Shown here: positions 26,250-44,745 of the stretch, piece after piece
Numbering within the stretch: the stretch's first letter is position 1
How the letters are laid out: every line of letters starts with the position of its first letter
Origin: Prorocentrum cordatum
Taxonomy: Eukaryota
Direction: 5' to 3'
NCBI GenBank assembly: GCA_963575745.1
Contig: CAUYUJ010000055.1
Location: 1-64,000, forward strand
DNA: 64,000 bases
Program-made: the position numbers and the translations under genes
The notes under the pieces: model-generated
Databases searched by the model: none
The model's input: the letters and a program-made list of their open reading frames with translations, nothing else
What the model was told of the DNA's origin: nothing

Positions 26250-26800
26250 GAAGATTCTAACTGCACTCCTCAGGCGATCCGTGAGTGCGGTTGGGATTTC
26301 AAACTTCGAGCGACGATCATTACTCATTCGCTGGCAGAGGTCTAGAATAAAGCGCTTCAGCTGCGTAAACCATTTGAAAGATTGGAAGACAGCTGATTCG
26401 CAGCTTACATGAATGCTTCGTTCAAGGGCATCAACACAGCAACGAATGCAGCACACGGCACGCGTTCCATGCGCAAGGAGTAACTCAAATAGCCATTCCT
26501 GTCTGCGAAGACCCCATAATCGTATGATCATTGCGGCGGCCGCGCGACCTCCTTGCCTCACCCCACCGTCCTTTTCGGTAATGCTATGAGATTCCTATAC
26601 ACATAAGCTCGCGCGGAAACGTTTCTGCCACGTGCTCCAGCGATCCATCGTGGGATCAGCCAGGCAATCAGCAACGCAATTCCGGGCACGTGGGAACCAC
26701 TGGACAGCGTCTTCATACAGTCCAATGGGGATCCGTCGTGCGAAGATCTGTGCAACCAATATATCCCTAACTGCCACTGCGGAAAGATGTAGAGAAACAA
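26250..26800 (-). mobile_element. LINE reverse-transcriptase remnant (antisense)
   Basis: LIALPK / KDGGVRQ...MIIRLW across a frameshift near 26570. Confidence 0.55.
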
Positions 26801-28399
26801 AGATTTCATCCTGGTCTCGCCTAGCCTCGCGAGCTCGGGAAAGGCGATTCGCCGCAGCAACGTCTCGACCCTGAAGCCGCATTGGGCTGTGCAGTGGGCA
26901 TTCAGACACAAGATTGAGCTCCCAGAATTACCGCATTTGTGAATCCGAAAAGACTTCTCAGTGTCGTTCTGAAGTTGCGTGTGGACCTCCTGGGCGACCG
27001 GTTGAGTGGGGCGCCCTGGCGGCGCGTCTCGAGGCTGCTTCGGGCCCCTCCCCCTTGCCGTCCTTCTACTCGCAGTTCCTGGGCTCGCACGAGGAGGAGC
27101 TGTGTGTGGCTTCCTGTTTGGATGAAGAGTTTGGGGACGAGTATCGAGACAGGGCCCACGGGCCCAAGGTCGTCAAGAAACTTCCCGAGATCCAGACTGC
27201 TCAAGGGTTGTTCTGTGGCGAAGGGCCGGCGACGGCTCGCACCTGGATTACGGAGCTTCGCTATGTCCATGTCGAAGGGGCGCGTTGGCTAAGGCATGAC
27301 ACCCGATGCATTTTGAAAGAAGCTTGCCCAAGGCCTCCTCCTCCTCCTCCTCTTCCTCCTCCTCCTCCTCCTCCTCCTCCTCCTCCTCCTCCCCCTCCCC
27401 CTCCCGCACACTCTCAGGCACAGTTGCACACGGAGGGGTGTAGGTCACCGCTACACCAAGGCCCCCACAGGCTGATTCCAATCCTACCTGACCTCCCACA
27501 AGGCCCCTCCAAGACCCCAAAAGTCTTGACGGACCTTACGGATGATTGGGAAGGCATCTGGTTGAAGCCAGGCGGGCCCATTCCAGGGGATGGCCTACAG
27601 GCCACGAGTGCCCCAAGAGGCCCCCGAGACGGTCCAAGAGGGCACCCAATCGCCAAACGATCGATCCAAAACGCTCCCACGCCCTCCAGACTGCCCAAGA
27701 GGCCTCCAATACGCACCAAGAAGCCTCCAAGAGCACTCCCGAGAGGGCCCCAAGAGGCACACTTAATTGATGTTCCTGGGCGTTGGAAGGATTTGGGGGT
27801 TCTCGCCTTTTCCTTTTCCCGCCGCTCCAAGACGGCCTAAGAGGCCCCAAAGATCGCCACAAGACGGCGCAAGAGGACTCCAAGAAAGCCCCCCCAAAAA
27901 GCACAAGAAGATCCCAAGACAGCCCGAAAGGCCTCCAAGATGGCCCAAGAGGCTCGAAGACGGCTCCAAGAGGGCGCCCAGACGGGGGTTCCGAACGGAC
28001 ATTTCGAGCCCTCGGTTCCGAGAGGCTCCTAGAAGGTCCAAAAGGTTCCCAAGGGGCCCGAAGATGCCCACAGGAGGTCCCCAGAAGCCCGAAGAGGCCC
28101 ACAAGAGGCTTCCGAGAGGCCACCAAGAGGCTCCCAAGGGGCCCAAAAAAACCTCTCCAGTGGCCCCCGAGAGCCTTCCGACGAGACCCTGAGAAGCATC
28201 CCTGAGGACTCTGGACCAAGTCAGCGTCGTAATCGTCGCCGCCGCTGCCATCGCCGTTGTTGTCGTCGTCGTCTTCGTCGTCGTCCCCCTTCAGGGTCGG
28301 CGGCACCGGCCGTAAGGCCTTCGCAATGAATCGCCTTCTTTGCATCCCAGCGACACGCAGCGCATGCTTGATTGAAAGCTCGAGCCTGCTGCCATCCGC

Positions 28400-28720
28400 G
28401 ACCGCTGCAAGAAGTTAAGCGCGGACGACTCTCGGTAATCAGTGATGACGTTCATCCAGTGGACGTCCTGTTAGTTTGTGGCGAGTGCCTGGAGGCCCTT
28501 GGGGGCATCTGGAAAGTTATCCTGAAATACTGACGTGTTCCTGAGCTTCTGCGTACGGTGTTCGCTGAGACGGTCGAGGAGCCCGACGAGGGCAACCGCC
28601 CCATCGATATGCTATCGTCTATCATCAGGGCGGTGTCTCGGAGGCTTCGGCGGGGGCGCCACCTCTTGGGAGCACGAGCATCGTCGGGACGATGTCCACA
28701 AAGCCTCGAGATATTGGCCT
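28400..28720 (+). mobile_element. LINE reverse-transcriptase remnant. 26920-27300 (+) is possibly its upstream part.
   Basis: DDVHPVDVLLV..ECLEALGGIWKVIL...P..LRTVF...EEPDEGNRPIDMLSSIIR resembles the PKxxGxxRPI region. Contains stops. Confidence 0.65.
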
Positions 28721-28859
28721 CTGCAGGCGGAGCCGTTCTGAATCACGCCTGCAGAGACTTCTCGGCCGCAGCCTTGGGAGCCAAAACGGCACTGCTGCGT
28801 GTCCTCCCAGTTATCCTCCCTCCTCCTCGTCCCCCTCCCCATCATCCTCATCAGCTCAT

Positions 28860-30790
<1,931 letters not shown>

Positions 30791-31746
30791 GATTCTCCTC
30801 ATTCTCATCATTACATCGGCCCAATGAAAGTTCCTGGAATTTTCATCACGACGCTGGCCGGCGGAAGTCGACGGAAGTAAAACGAGGCGGAAGACGGGGG
30901 AAGGTCGCCGGAAGGCTTGCCAATGTCAGCGGAAGTAGACGACGCCCCTTCCGAACCCTCTACCCCCGTAGAAGCCTAGCAATGTTGTCTTCCTCCGTGG
31001 GCCGGGCGGGATCCCGCCTGGCTTATTCCGCTTTAATATGATAAGTTTAGTTCAGGACGATCAAAATCCCACCCATTAAAAATGGGGTAGACCAAAATTC
31101 CGGGCCGTTCACGGATCCCACCATGCTGGGATCGGCTCGAAGTAAGATGGGGCTCATAAGTTGCAGTATTATTGCCGTGTTGGGGTCGTATTGAGGTCAT
31201 CTTGAGATCATATCCCGGTCATGTTTGGATCACGCAACCATCTGTGGTCATTATGAGGCCACCCTGGGTGCGCTTGGATCCATATTGTTGCCATCGGGCC
31301 ATCTCGGCGTCACGCGTTGCTCATGTGTTTCGTCATCTGCAAGTCGGCCTGAGACGGTCCAGAATCCATGGCGGGATCGCGTTGGGGTGGCATCATCCTG
31401 GGTCCTCTGGACGTTATCGTCCGTGGCCTGAGGCATTCCTGGAAGCATGTTGTGGCCATGGGACGTCTTGGGATCGCGTGCGTGCGAACGCTGAGCACGC
31501 GCGCGCGACTTTTCATCTTGCCGACGGGTTGACATACATATTATTCCTCTTGCGAGTTTCCAGGGAAACTTTTGTTGGAGCCAAGTATCCTCACTCTCCC
31601 CATTATCATTATTCCCCTCATTCTCCTCCTCCTCCTCCTCCTCCGCCCTCCTCCTCAGCCCTCCTCATTCTCCTGCACTATCCTGGGCTTCTGGCTGCCC
31701 CCCCCCCCCTCCACCCGCGCCCCACCGTCTGAAGAAGGGAGTCCAC

Positions 31747-31785
31747 CTGGTCCGGGGTGCCCTGGACGAACAGTGACTGGGGGTC
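31747..31785 (-). CDS. Gene A exon (DPQSLFVQGTPDQ)
   Basis: CAG|GAC acceptor, CAG|GT donor, 39 nt, phase 0/0, high GC3. Confidence 0.6.
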
Positions 31786-32254
31786 CTGCCACGTGGCCGC
31801 TTGGACGTCGTGGTCGTCCACGTCGTCGTCGACGTCGGCGTCGTCAGCTTCGTCCTTGTCCTTCGCCCGTTTCGTCGTCGATCTCGTGGTCGTCGGGAGG
31901 GGAGCGAGGGAGGAGAACAGCAGCAGCGGAAGGGCGGCGAAGGCATGCAGAGAATTAAGAGGGGAAGCGGGGGGTGAAAGATTGAGGGAAAAGAGAGGCA
32001 GGAGGAGGCAGGAGGAGGCAGGAGAAGGAGACGCGTCAGGTGGAGCATGAGGAGGAGGAGGAGGAGCAGGAGGAGCAGCAGCAGCAGCAGCAGGACGAGG
32101 CAGAAGCGAGACTAGGGACTGGTTAGGGAAGAGGCAGGGAGTGGAGGAGAGGCAGGACGAGACGGAGGCAAGGCCCGTCAGATAAATACATGCCCTGAAA
32201 CGGCCCTCACAGCTCCCCTTGTCCTGACCCCGTTGCACCTTGCTCCTCCTCACA

Positions 32255-32443
32255 CTCCTCCTCCTCCTCCTCCTCCTCCTCCTCCTCCTCCTCCTCCTCC
32301 TTGCTCCTCCTCCTCCTCCTCCTGCCCTGCTCCTGCTCCTCCTCCTCCTCCTCCTCCCTCTCCTCCTTCTCCTCCTCTTACTCCTCCTCCTCCTCCTAGT
32401 TTTATTATTATGATTAGTAGTATTATTATTATTAATATTAGTA

Positions 32444-32497
<54 letters not shown>

Positions 32498-34141
32498 GTA
32501 TTACTATTATTATTATTAGTAGTATTACTGTTAATATCATTATTATTATTGTTATTATTATGATTAGTAGTAGTATGATTATTAGTAGTATTATTATTAC
32601 TATTAGTATTAGTATTATTATTAATGCTATTAGTAGTAGTATTATGACTATTAGTATTGTTGTTATTATTCTGATTATTATTATTAGTATTATTAGTATT
32701 ATTAGTGTTAATATTATTATTAGTATTAGTAGTATTATTACTATTAATATGAATATGATTAGTAGTTTTATTGGTATTGATAGTATGATTATTATTATTA
32801 CTATTAGCATTATTAGTATTATTAGTATTAGTGTTATTGTTACTAGTATTAGTAGCATTATTAGTATTAGTAGCATTAATATTATTAGTATTAGTATTAT
32901 TATTAGTACTACTACTACTACTACTACTACTACTATTATTATAAGTATTATTATTATTAGTATTAGTATTATTATTAGTAGCATAATTAATATTATTAAT
33001 ATTAGTATTAGTGGTATTATTGTTAGTAGTAGTATGAGTATTAGTATTAGTGTTCGTCTTCGTCTTCGTCTTCGTATTAGCATTATTTTATTAGCATTAT
33101 TAGTATTCTTAGTACGCTTCTTAGCAATACTAGTGTCAGGATTCGCATTCGTATTCTGAGTAGTAGTAGCAGTAGTAGTAGTAGTAGTAGTAGTAGTCGT
33201 AGTAGTAGTATTAGCAGCAGTAGTAGTAGTAGTAGAAGTAGTAGTAGTCTTAGTCATATTAGTCGTAGTATCATTATTCATATAAGTTTTAAAACTGTTA
33301 TTCATATATGGATTCCTCTTCCTCCTCCTCCACCTCCTCCTCCTCCTCATCCTCCTCCTCCTCTTCCGCCTCCGCCTCCGCATCCGCATCCTCCCACTCC
33401 TCCTCCTCCTCCTCCTCCTCCTCCTGCTCCTCCTCCTCCTCCTCCTCGTCCTCCTCCTCCTCCTTTTCCTCCTCATCCTCCTCCTCATCCTCATAGTAGT
33501 ATTCGTATGGTTATTCTTATGTTTCTTATAATTACTATTCGTGTTATTATTCTCAGTCTTATTACTATTAGTCTTAGCATTATGCGTCCTAGCAGTCGTA
33601 GTATTATGTTTCCTCGTCTCATGAATAGTATCAGTATTAGTGTGAGTATTAGCAGTAGTAGTAGTAGTAGTAGTAGTACTAGCAGTATCATTACTATCAT
33701 TAGTGGGATTACTATTATTATTGCTATTCATACTATTACTATTCCAAATATTATTTATAATAATAGTATTGTTATTATTATTATTGCAACAGCTACTATT
33801 ACTATTAGTGTTACTAGTATTTTTATTATTACTATTATTATGAATATTATTAGTATTCATCGTATTCTTCTTCTTCTTCTTCTTCTTCCTCCTCCTCCTC
33901 CTCCTCCTCCTCCTGCTCATCCTCCTCCTCCTCCTCCTCCTCCTCCTCCGCATCCTCCTCCTCATCCCCCTCCTCATCATCCGCCTGGTCGTCCTCCTCC
34001 GCCTCCTCCTCCTCCTCATCCTCATCCTCCTCATCCTCATCCTCATGCTCCTCATCCTCCTCCTCCGCATCCTCCGCCTCATCCTCCTCCTCCTCCTCCT
34101 CCTCCTCCTCCTCCTCATCAGCATCAGCATAATCAGCATCG

Positions 34142-34180
<39 letters not shown>

Positions 34181-34192
34181 GCATCATCATCG

Positions 34193-34249
<57 letters not shown>

Positions 34250-34640
34250 GTATCATCATCATCATATCATCATCATCATCATCATCATCATCCGCATCAC
34301 ATCATCATCATCATCATCATCAGCATCATCATCAGCATCAGCATCATCATCATCATCATCAGCATCAGCATCATGATCATCAACATCATCATCATCATCA
34401 TCATCAGCATCAGCATCATCATCATCATCATAATCGTCATCATCATCATCATCCTCATCCTCATCCTCATCCTCATCATCCTCATCCTCTCCGCATCATC
34501 CTCATCCTCATCCTCGTCCTCCTCATCATCGCCAAGATCAGCATCAGTCATATCATCATCATCATCATCATCAGCATCAGCAGCATCATCATCATCGTCA
34601 TCATCAGCAGCATCAGCATCATCATCATCATCATCATCAA

Positions 34641-34678
<38 letters not shown>

Positions 34679-35105
34679 CCATCATCATCATCAGCATCAT
34701 CAGCAGCAGCATCATCAGCATCATCATCATCAGCATCATCATCATCATAATCAGCATCAGCATCATCATCATCAGCATTAGCAGCACCATCATCAACATC
34801 AGCACCATCATCATCATCCTCATCAGCATCATCATCATCATCATCATCAGTATCATCATCATCATCATCAGCATCATCAGCATCATCATCATCGTCATCA
34901 TCATCATCAGCATCAGCATCATCATCATCATCAGCATCATCATCATCATCTTCATCATCATCATCATCATCAGCATCATCATCGTCAGCGGCAGCAGCAG
35001 CATCAGCATCATCAACATCAACATCATCATCATCAGCATCATCATAATCATCATAATCATCAGCATCATCAGCATCCTCATCATCATCAGCATCATCAGC
35101 ATCAG

Positions 35106-35138
<33 letters not shown>

Positions 35139-35715
35139 AAGCATAATCGGCAACATCATCATCATCATCATCAGCAGCATCATCATCATCATCATCGTTA
35201 TCAGTATCATCAGCATCATCATCAGCAGCAGCATCATCGTAAGCATCATCCTCATCAGCATCAGCATCATCAGCTTCATCAGCATCATCATCATCGTCAT
35301 CATCATCATCAGCATCAGCATTAGCATCAGCATCAGCATCATCATCATCATCAGCAGCAGCATCATCAGCATCCCTCCTCCACCTCCTTCTCATCTTCCT
35401 CCTCCTCCTCCTCCTGCTGCTCCTGCTCATCCTGCTCCTCCTGCTCCTCCTGCTCCTCCTGCTCCTCCTGCTCATCCTGCGCATCGTGCTCCTCCTCATC
35501 ATCATCATCCTCCTCATCCTCCTCCTCCTCAGCAGCAGTAGCCGCAGCATCAGAATCGGCAGCAGCATCAGTATCAACATCAGCAGCAACATTAGCATCC
35601 GCAACAACAGTAGCATCAGCATCAGCAACAACAGTAGCATCAGCATCAGCATCAGCATCAGCATCAGCATCATCATCATCATCATCAGCATCAGCAGCAT
35701 CATCATCATCAGCAG

Positions 35716-35771
<56 letters not shown>

Positions 35772-36152
35772 GCATCATCATCATCAGCATCAGCATCATC
35801 ATCATCATCATCATCATGATCATCATCATCATCATCATCAGCATCATCATCATCATCATCGTCATCATCTTCCGCATCATCAGTGTCATCATCGTCATCA
35901 GCATACGCATCATCAACAGCAACATCCTTCGCATCAGCATCAGTGTCAGTATCATCATCAGCATCATCAGCATCCTCATCATCATCAGCATCATCAGCAT
36001 CAGCATCGTCATCAGCATCATCAGCATCCTCATAATCATCGTCAACCTCGTCCGCATCATCATCATCATCATCATCAGCATCATCATCATCAGCATCATC
36101 AGCGGCAGCATCATCATCATCACCATCGTCAGCATCACATGAGCATCAGCAC

Positions 36153-36184
<32 letters not shown>

Positions 36185-36842
36185 GCAGCATCATCATCAA
36201 CATCCTCGTCCTCATCAGCATCAGCGGCATCAGCAATGTAAGCAGCATAATCGTCCTCACCAGCCATCGTCATCATCGACATCATTCCCATCATCCTCAT
36301 CATCATCAGCACCAACATCATAGCAGCACCCGCGTCATCATCGTTATGAGCAACATCAGCATCATCATCATTATCAGCATGATCATCATCAGCAGCAGCA
36401 GCATCAGCATCATCAGCATCATCATCATCGGCACAACCACCATCAGCAGCTGCAGCATCAGCAGCAGCAACAACATTAGCATCAGCATCAGCAACAACAT
36501 CAGCATCAGCATCAGCATCAGCATCAGCATCAGCATCATCAGTATCAGCATCATCGGCAGCAGCATGATCAGTTCATCAGCATCATCAGCTTCATCATCG
36601 TCATCATCAGCATCACCACTTCGTCATCATCATCATCATCGTTATCATCAGCATTATCATGGTCATCAGCATCAGCATCATCAGCATCATCATCAGCATC
36701 AGCAGCATCATCATCATCATCAGCAGCAGCAGCATCATCATCGGCATCGGCATCAGCATGATCATTCCATCAGCATCATCATCAGCATCAGCATCAGCAT
36801 CAGCGTTAGCATCATAATCATCATCATCATCATCATCATCAG

Positions 36843-36893
<51 letters not shown>

Positions 36894-37112
36894 GCTCAAC
36901 ATCAGCAGCCTCATCATCAGCAGCAACATCAGCGTCGTTTTCAACAACCACATCATTATCAGCATCAGTATCATCATCAGCTTCATCATCAGTAGCATCA
37001 GCATCAGCAGTGTCAGCGTCATCAATATCGGCATCGGCATCAGCATCGTCAGGATCATCATTAGCATCATCAGCAGCAGCTGCAGCAACACCAGCATCAT
37101 CATCATCCTCCA

Positions 37113-37144
<32 letters not shown>

Positions 37145-37159
37145 GCATCATCATCATCG

Positions 37160-37199
<40 letters not shown>

Positions 37200-37570
37200 C
37201 CTCCCCCTCCTCATCCTCCTCCCAATCCTCCTACTTTTTCTCATCCTCCTCCTCCTCCTTCTCCTGCTCCACATCCTCCTCCTCCTCCTCCTCCTCCTCC
37301 TCCGCCTCCTCTTTCTCCTCCTCTTCCTCCTCTCCTCCGCCTCCGCCTCCTCCTCCTATTCTTCCTCCGCCTCCTCCTCCTCCTCCTCCGCCTCCTCCTC
37401 CTCATCATCATCAGCAGCATCATCATCCTTTCTCCTCCTCCTCTTCCTCCTCCTTCTCCTCCTCCTCATCCTCCTCCTCCTCCTCCTCCTCATCATCATC
37501 ATCCCCCTCCCTCTCTTCCTGCTCCGCCTCCTCCTCCTCCTCCTCCTCCTCCTCCTCCCCCTCCTCCTCC
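32255..37570. repeat. 5.3-kb compound microsatellite: (CCT), (TAT/TAG), (CAT/CAG)
   Basis: Direct. Confidence 0.95.
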
Positions 37571-40500
37571 TCCTCCCGCCCCGAGCCAGGCAGGCAAGCT
37601 GCCAGGGGGGCCAGCTGCGGGGACGACGCCTCCCGCTCGACGCGTCCCCACCGCCTGCTCCGAGGCGCCCCGGCCACGGAGGGCCCCAAACGGCGACCTC
37701 GCTTGAGCGTTCCGCTCCCGCAGTCTCCTCCCCTCCCTCTCCCCTCCCCCCCTCCTCCTCCTCCTCCTCCTCCTCCTCCTCCTCCTCCTCCTCCTCCTCC
37801 TCCTCCTCTTCCTCCTCCTCCTCCTCCTCCCCCTCCTCCTCCTCCGAACGGCGATCTCGCTCGAGAGATCCTCGCAAATCATGGGACGCACAGAGACACA
37901 CCAGTACTGTGTGCTCTCCTCGGAGGCGCGCGCCCGATCCGAACATATAGCATACCGATCTTGTGGTAGATCCTTTTCCCGAGCGGTGTGGCAAGAGAGC
38001 GCCCGCCGCGACACATATACTAGAAGATGTCTCGGTGCGCGCGTCTCCCCTGGGGGGGGGCAACGCATATATATATATTATATATATATATATAATATAT
38101 ATATACATACATATATATATACATATATATATATATATAGATTAGTATGTTGGGGTGACGCCGAAATCAGGCAGGTAGGCGAACGCCCAGCTACGATGAC
38201 AAGAGCTCCAGCCCGACGCGTCCTCACAGATTACTCCGAGGCACCCTGGCTAGAGAGGGCCCCAATCTCAAGAAAGCCGCTCGCGCTGTAGACATCCTCG
38301 CATTCGAGCCAAGTACGACAACGGCTCCCGTTCGATAGTTCCTCACAATCCACTCCGAGACGCCCTGGTCATATGCATTATCACACTCAGTAGTGGCGCT
38401 CTCGCCCGAGACGTCCACGCAACGCATTCAACTTTGTGAAAGCCATCCTAAACGACAACGGCTCCCGATCGATATTGCTTCACAGCTTACTCAAAGACGC
38501 CCTGGATGCCCCCGACCTGAGGAACGGTATTATCTACGAAGACTCCCTCGCATTTCGTTCGATTTGGTGAGTTGCCCGCGGGCGCTTTCGCTCGCATGGC
38601 GGCCATGCTGGCGCGGTGCGCACACAGTGCCCTGCTGAATGCTTTTTTTGTTCCCAGGAGCTGACATGAAAAGAACCCCCCATAAAAGGGGATTGGTTGA
38701 TGGACTTAGTGAGCGGGTACAAGAGAAAGAAAGAGAGAGAGGAAGAATCCAAAGAAGGTCAAAGCGGCTTGATAGGTCAGACGTTCGACAGATGGTCGTC
38801 GTCAGGGTCGTCGACGTGGCCGTCGTCGTCGTCATCGTCGCTATCGTCGTCGTCATCAAGAAACATGCCGCCTCCATCGTGATTGATCTCCTCACCGTGA
38901 TCCGAATCAGTATTCCCCTACCTGCCCTCTTGCCCATCATCCTCCACATTCGCTCGCTGTTCGTCCCACTCCTCCTCCTTGTCGTCTTAATCGTACCTCC
39001 TTATCGTTCTCTGAATATTCCTCCTCCTGCTCCCTCGTCCTCGTGCTCTCCTTTAGCCCTTCTACACCCTCTTGTCAACCAGTCAACCAGATCACGACCA
39101 TCGTAAGCTTACAAGTACTGCTCATCATGCCTCCTCATCCTCCTCCTCCTCCTCCCCCTGCTCATGCTGTACTGACTACTACTACGACTACTGCTGCGAT
39201 TACGCAAAGGATCCACGACCCACATGAAAACTGATACGAATACGAGTACTACGACCACGGTTACTACTAACCCGCCACCGTGCCTTCAGCGCGTAGTGCA
39301 GTTCTGAGAGGTGGATGGAGATTTCGTAAGCTGCTGAAGGCTCGGGCACAACAAATCCCAGAATGAGCGTGCGCTGCTGAGCGCTCTTGGGGTTTCTCGC
39401 GGGGGCCTCTGGGAGGATGACCCCGCACAAAACGACCCCAAGAACCGCCTGAGTAGATGGCGACCTCCTAACCCTACCCCGACCAACCATCGTTTCTCCT
39501 CAATCGATGGGAGGCGGGGGGTACACAGGTTCGGACTTCGCCACGTGCTCGGCGAATGCCGAACCCTACCCCGCCGTCCATCGAGTTGCATGAATCGTTG
39601 ATCGGTGAGGATAGGGTTCGGAATTCGCCGCCGGCACGAGAGCCCCGAGACGGACTGAAAAACCCCCGAAATCCAAACTTGCCACAAGACGGCCGCAGAG
39701 GGCCCCCTGACTGCCCACGATGCCTTCACGACAGCCCAAGAGGCCCCGAAGAAGCCCCAAAGAGGGCTCCTCGAGGCCTCCTAAGTCATTGATTTCCACG
39801 TGATGGCTGAAAGACTTTTTAGCGTTCTCGCTGTTTCAGAGCTTCGACGCCACAAGACTCACGCCCAAGACGGCCCAAGACGCAAAACCAGCCAGCCAGC
39901 AAGCAGCCCAGATCAACTGCCAACCCCGAATTTAGACAGCAAGCCAATCAGCCGAGTTGCCAGCCAACCAACAACGTCTTTGTTTGAGAGGCAGGAAGGA
40001 GATCGGAGCGGACAGCGATAGTATGCACAACCCATGTTCGTCGCAAAGCTGTCCTGCGAACGTGGCCGAATCTCTGGCCAGGGATTCGGGCACGCCAGCC
40101 AGCCAACAGACAAGAAAGCCAACCAACCTTCCGATCAAGCTTGGTCACGCTAGCATTCAAACGGGGCCAGCGAAAGAGGGCGACCCCTGTCAGATTCGGC
40201 CGCTCCCGCCTGAGGTGTGGGCCGTGCGAGACCACTCTGTCCAAAGTGTTTGGCATAAATTGCCAGCGCCTGGTCAAAACGTTCTTGAAATCCCTCCCAT
40301 GGGGCTCTGCACCAGCGGTCCCTCGCGCCCCCCCTGAAAATTACACAGAGTGCACCCGACAGCACCAAGTCGACCCATGAGTGCTCAAGAACGATGGGCA
40401 GGAGTCCCAAGAGGGCCCTGGAGACGGTCCAAGAGAGCCCCGACATGACCCAAAAGAGCTCCAAGACGTCCGCGCCACGATGGCCTCAGGACGGCCTGAA

Positions 40501-42434
40501 GGGCCCCGCGAAGCTCCAAGCGCCAAATCCCAGCAGTTCCGAAGCGCTCCAGCACAGTCAAAGATACCCCCAAGACCGCCCCAGGATTGTGCTGCTCCCA
40601 CTGTACTTAAGGACCACATCCCAGAGATAAGTTCGAGCTCCCAGAAGAGTATCGAAACAGTGTCGAGCGAGCATCGCCTCCCAGGGCCCGACACGTGAAA
40701 ACCCTACAGGTTCGGTACTTTCTTGGTGCTCGAGATTCTTGCTGGTGGTCAAGGCTCAAATGAGTTGGAGCATCCTAACCCCAGGACGGCCCATGATTGG
40801 AGGCCTGGAAATTGGCACCAACACCAACACAGGGGGCTTCTCCACAGGGGAAGGTGATCCTCGATTCCTGTGTTGGCGGTAATATTCCGGTCACAGTTTG
40901 GAAGCCAGAGTATTACCACCATCACCGAGATCGGGATCTTCTTCCCTCGGTGGAGGCACACCGCCGATATTGGTGTTGGAGCATCTAACCCCAGGACGGC
41001 CCATGAGGCCTCCCAGAGGGCCCAAAGATGGCCCAAGAGGGCCCCAGCTTCAGGAGTGGGACAGCGGAGGGGACGTGGGAGGCCCTTTGCCCTAAAGATC
41101 ACACCCAAAACCTTCAGCGTGCCAAAAAACACACTGTGGAAAACACACACACACACACACAAGCACAAAAAACACAACAAAAAAACTGGTTTTTGTGTGT
41201 GTGTGTGTGTGTTTTTTGTCCGCAGTGTTTCTGTTCCACGGAAGCCACTCCAAGGGGTATACCCAAGGCCCCTTAGAGTTCCCAAGTGTCCACCAAGGGG
41301 CTGCGTACAGGAGGCCCCGAAAATGCCTCCGAGCGGCTCCCGAGAGGCCTCCCGAGAGACCCCACGAAGCCTCCCAAAGAGGCCTATCGTCCGCCATCCA
41401 GGGCACCATAGCGGGGTTTGCCGAAAGCCACTGGATACTTCGAAGAAGCCTTTTAGAACCCAGCAAGGATAGCTGGCATGCACGCTGCGTCACGACTCTC
41501 GATGGTGCGCGCCACCTCGCCAAACTCCCACGGAGCGGCCAGTGATGCGCCGACGGCGTCCTCAAGAAAGTTCAAGGAATGCTCCAACGGCATCCCCGCT
41601 TCAAAAATATTCAGCCCCCGACTCGTGCAAATGCACCGGATTCAAAATCACGGTCGTACAAGTTGCAAAGTCTCAAGCCGTAGCCCCATTTTGAAAGGAA
41701 GCCACCTTCCGTCCGTATGACCGCTGCACAACATGGAACTTGGGCACTGGCGTTCTAGGAGGTCTCAAACGAGGGCCACGAACAGGCCGCCATCCTTGCA
41801 ACTGTTGTACATTTAGAATGCGCGCAGCGATACTGCGAGGGCCGCATTTGGAAACCACTGGCCCTCCCTCCTTGCAGCTGCTGGAGTTGTGGGCTTCAGA
41901 ACCCCTGCATCGCCAGGAAAACTCCAACTACACGGCTGGCCTGGCCTAAGAGCAGGGGGGGCCCCATTACGAGGAAGAGGGGTGGAGGAGGATAAGGAGG
42001 ACGACGACGACGACGAGGAGAACGAGGAGCATCGAGGCAGGGAGGGGGGGGCAGGAGTAGGAGAGGGACAGAAGAGGACAAAGGGAAGGAAGAACACGGA
42101 GTTCGTGGAGGAGAGGAGAGAGCTACATGAGGTCCCCCTTGGATCCCGAGGACTCCTCGTCCTCAAGCTCCCGGGGAGCCTTGCGCGCCCCCGGGAGGAC
42201 GAAGGAGCGCCACGCCCTGAGGGGGGGCGAGGGAGGTCCCAGTCCCTGCTGCCGCTGCGGCCTGCCGCGCCGTGGCGTGGGCGATGTCGATGGCCGAATG
42301 CGAGCGGGAGGCGACACGACGGAGAGGGGGGCGGAGACGAAAGGAGAGGACGCACACAAACGACTGCGCGATGAACAGCTGAAGAATTCATTGAGGGGGG
42401 GGGGGGCGAGGGAGGGGGACGAGGACAAGCCCTC

Positions 42435-42493
42435 CTCGTTGTGCTTGTGCGAGTACGGGCCGGTCACGACCCAGTCGAACTTCTTGAAGAGCC
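42435..42493 (-). CDS. Gene A exon (xLFKKFDWVVTGPYSHKHNE), uncharacterised protein
   Basis: CAG|G acceptor, GAG|GA donor, every full codon ends in G/C, complex peptide amid repeats. Confidence 0.75.
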
Positions 42494-42599
42494 CTGGGGC
42501 AGTCGTCAGCCCGTGGCACACACGCACACATGGGTACTGCTGTGGCTTCCGTCCTCCAGATCCCTCCTGCCGCTGCTCCCTCCCTTCTTCCACCACCAT

Positions 42600-44745
<2,146 letters not shown>

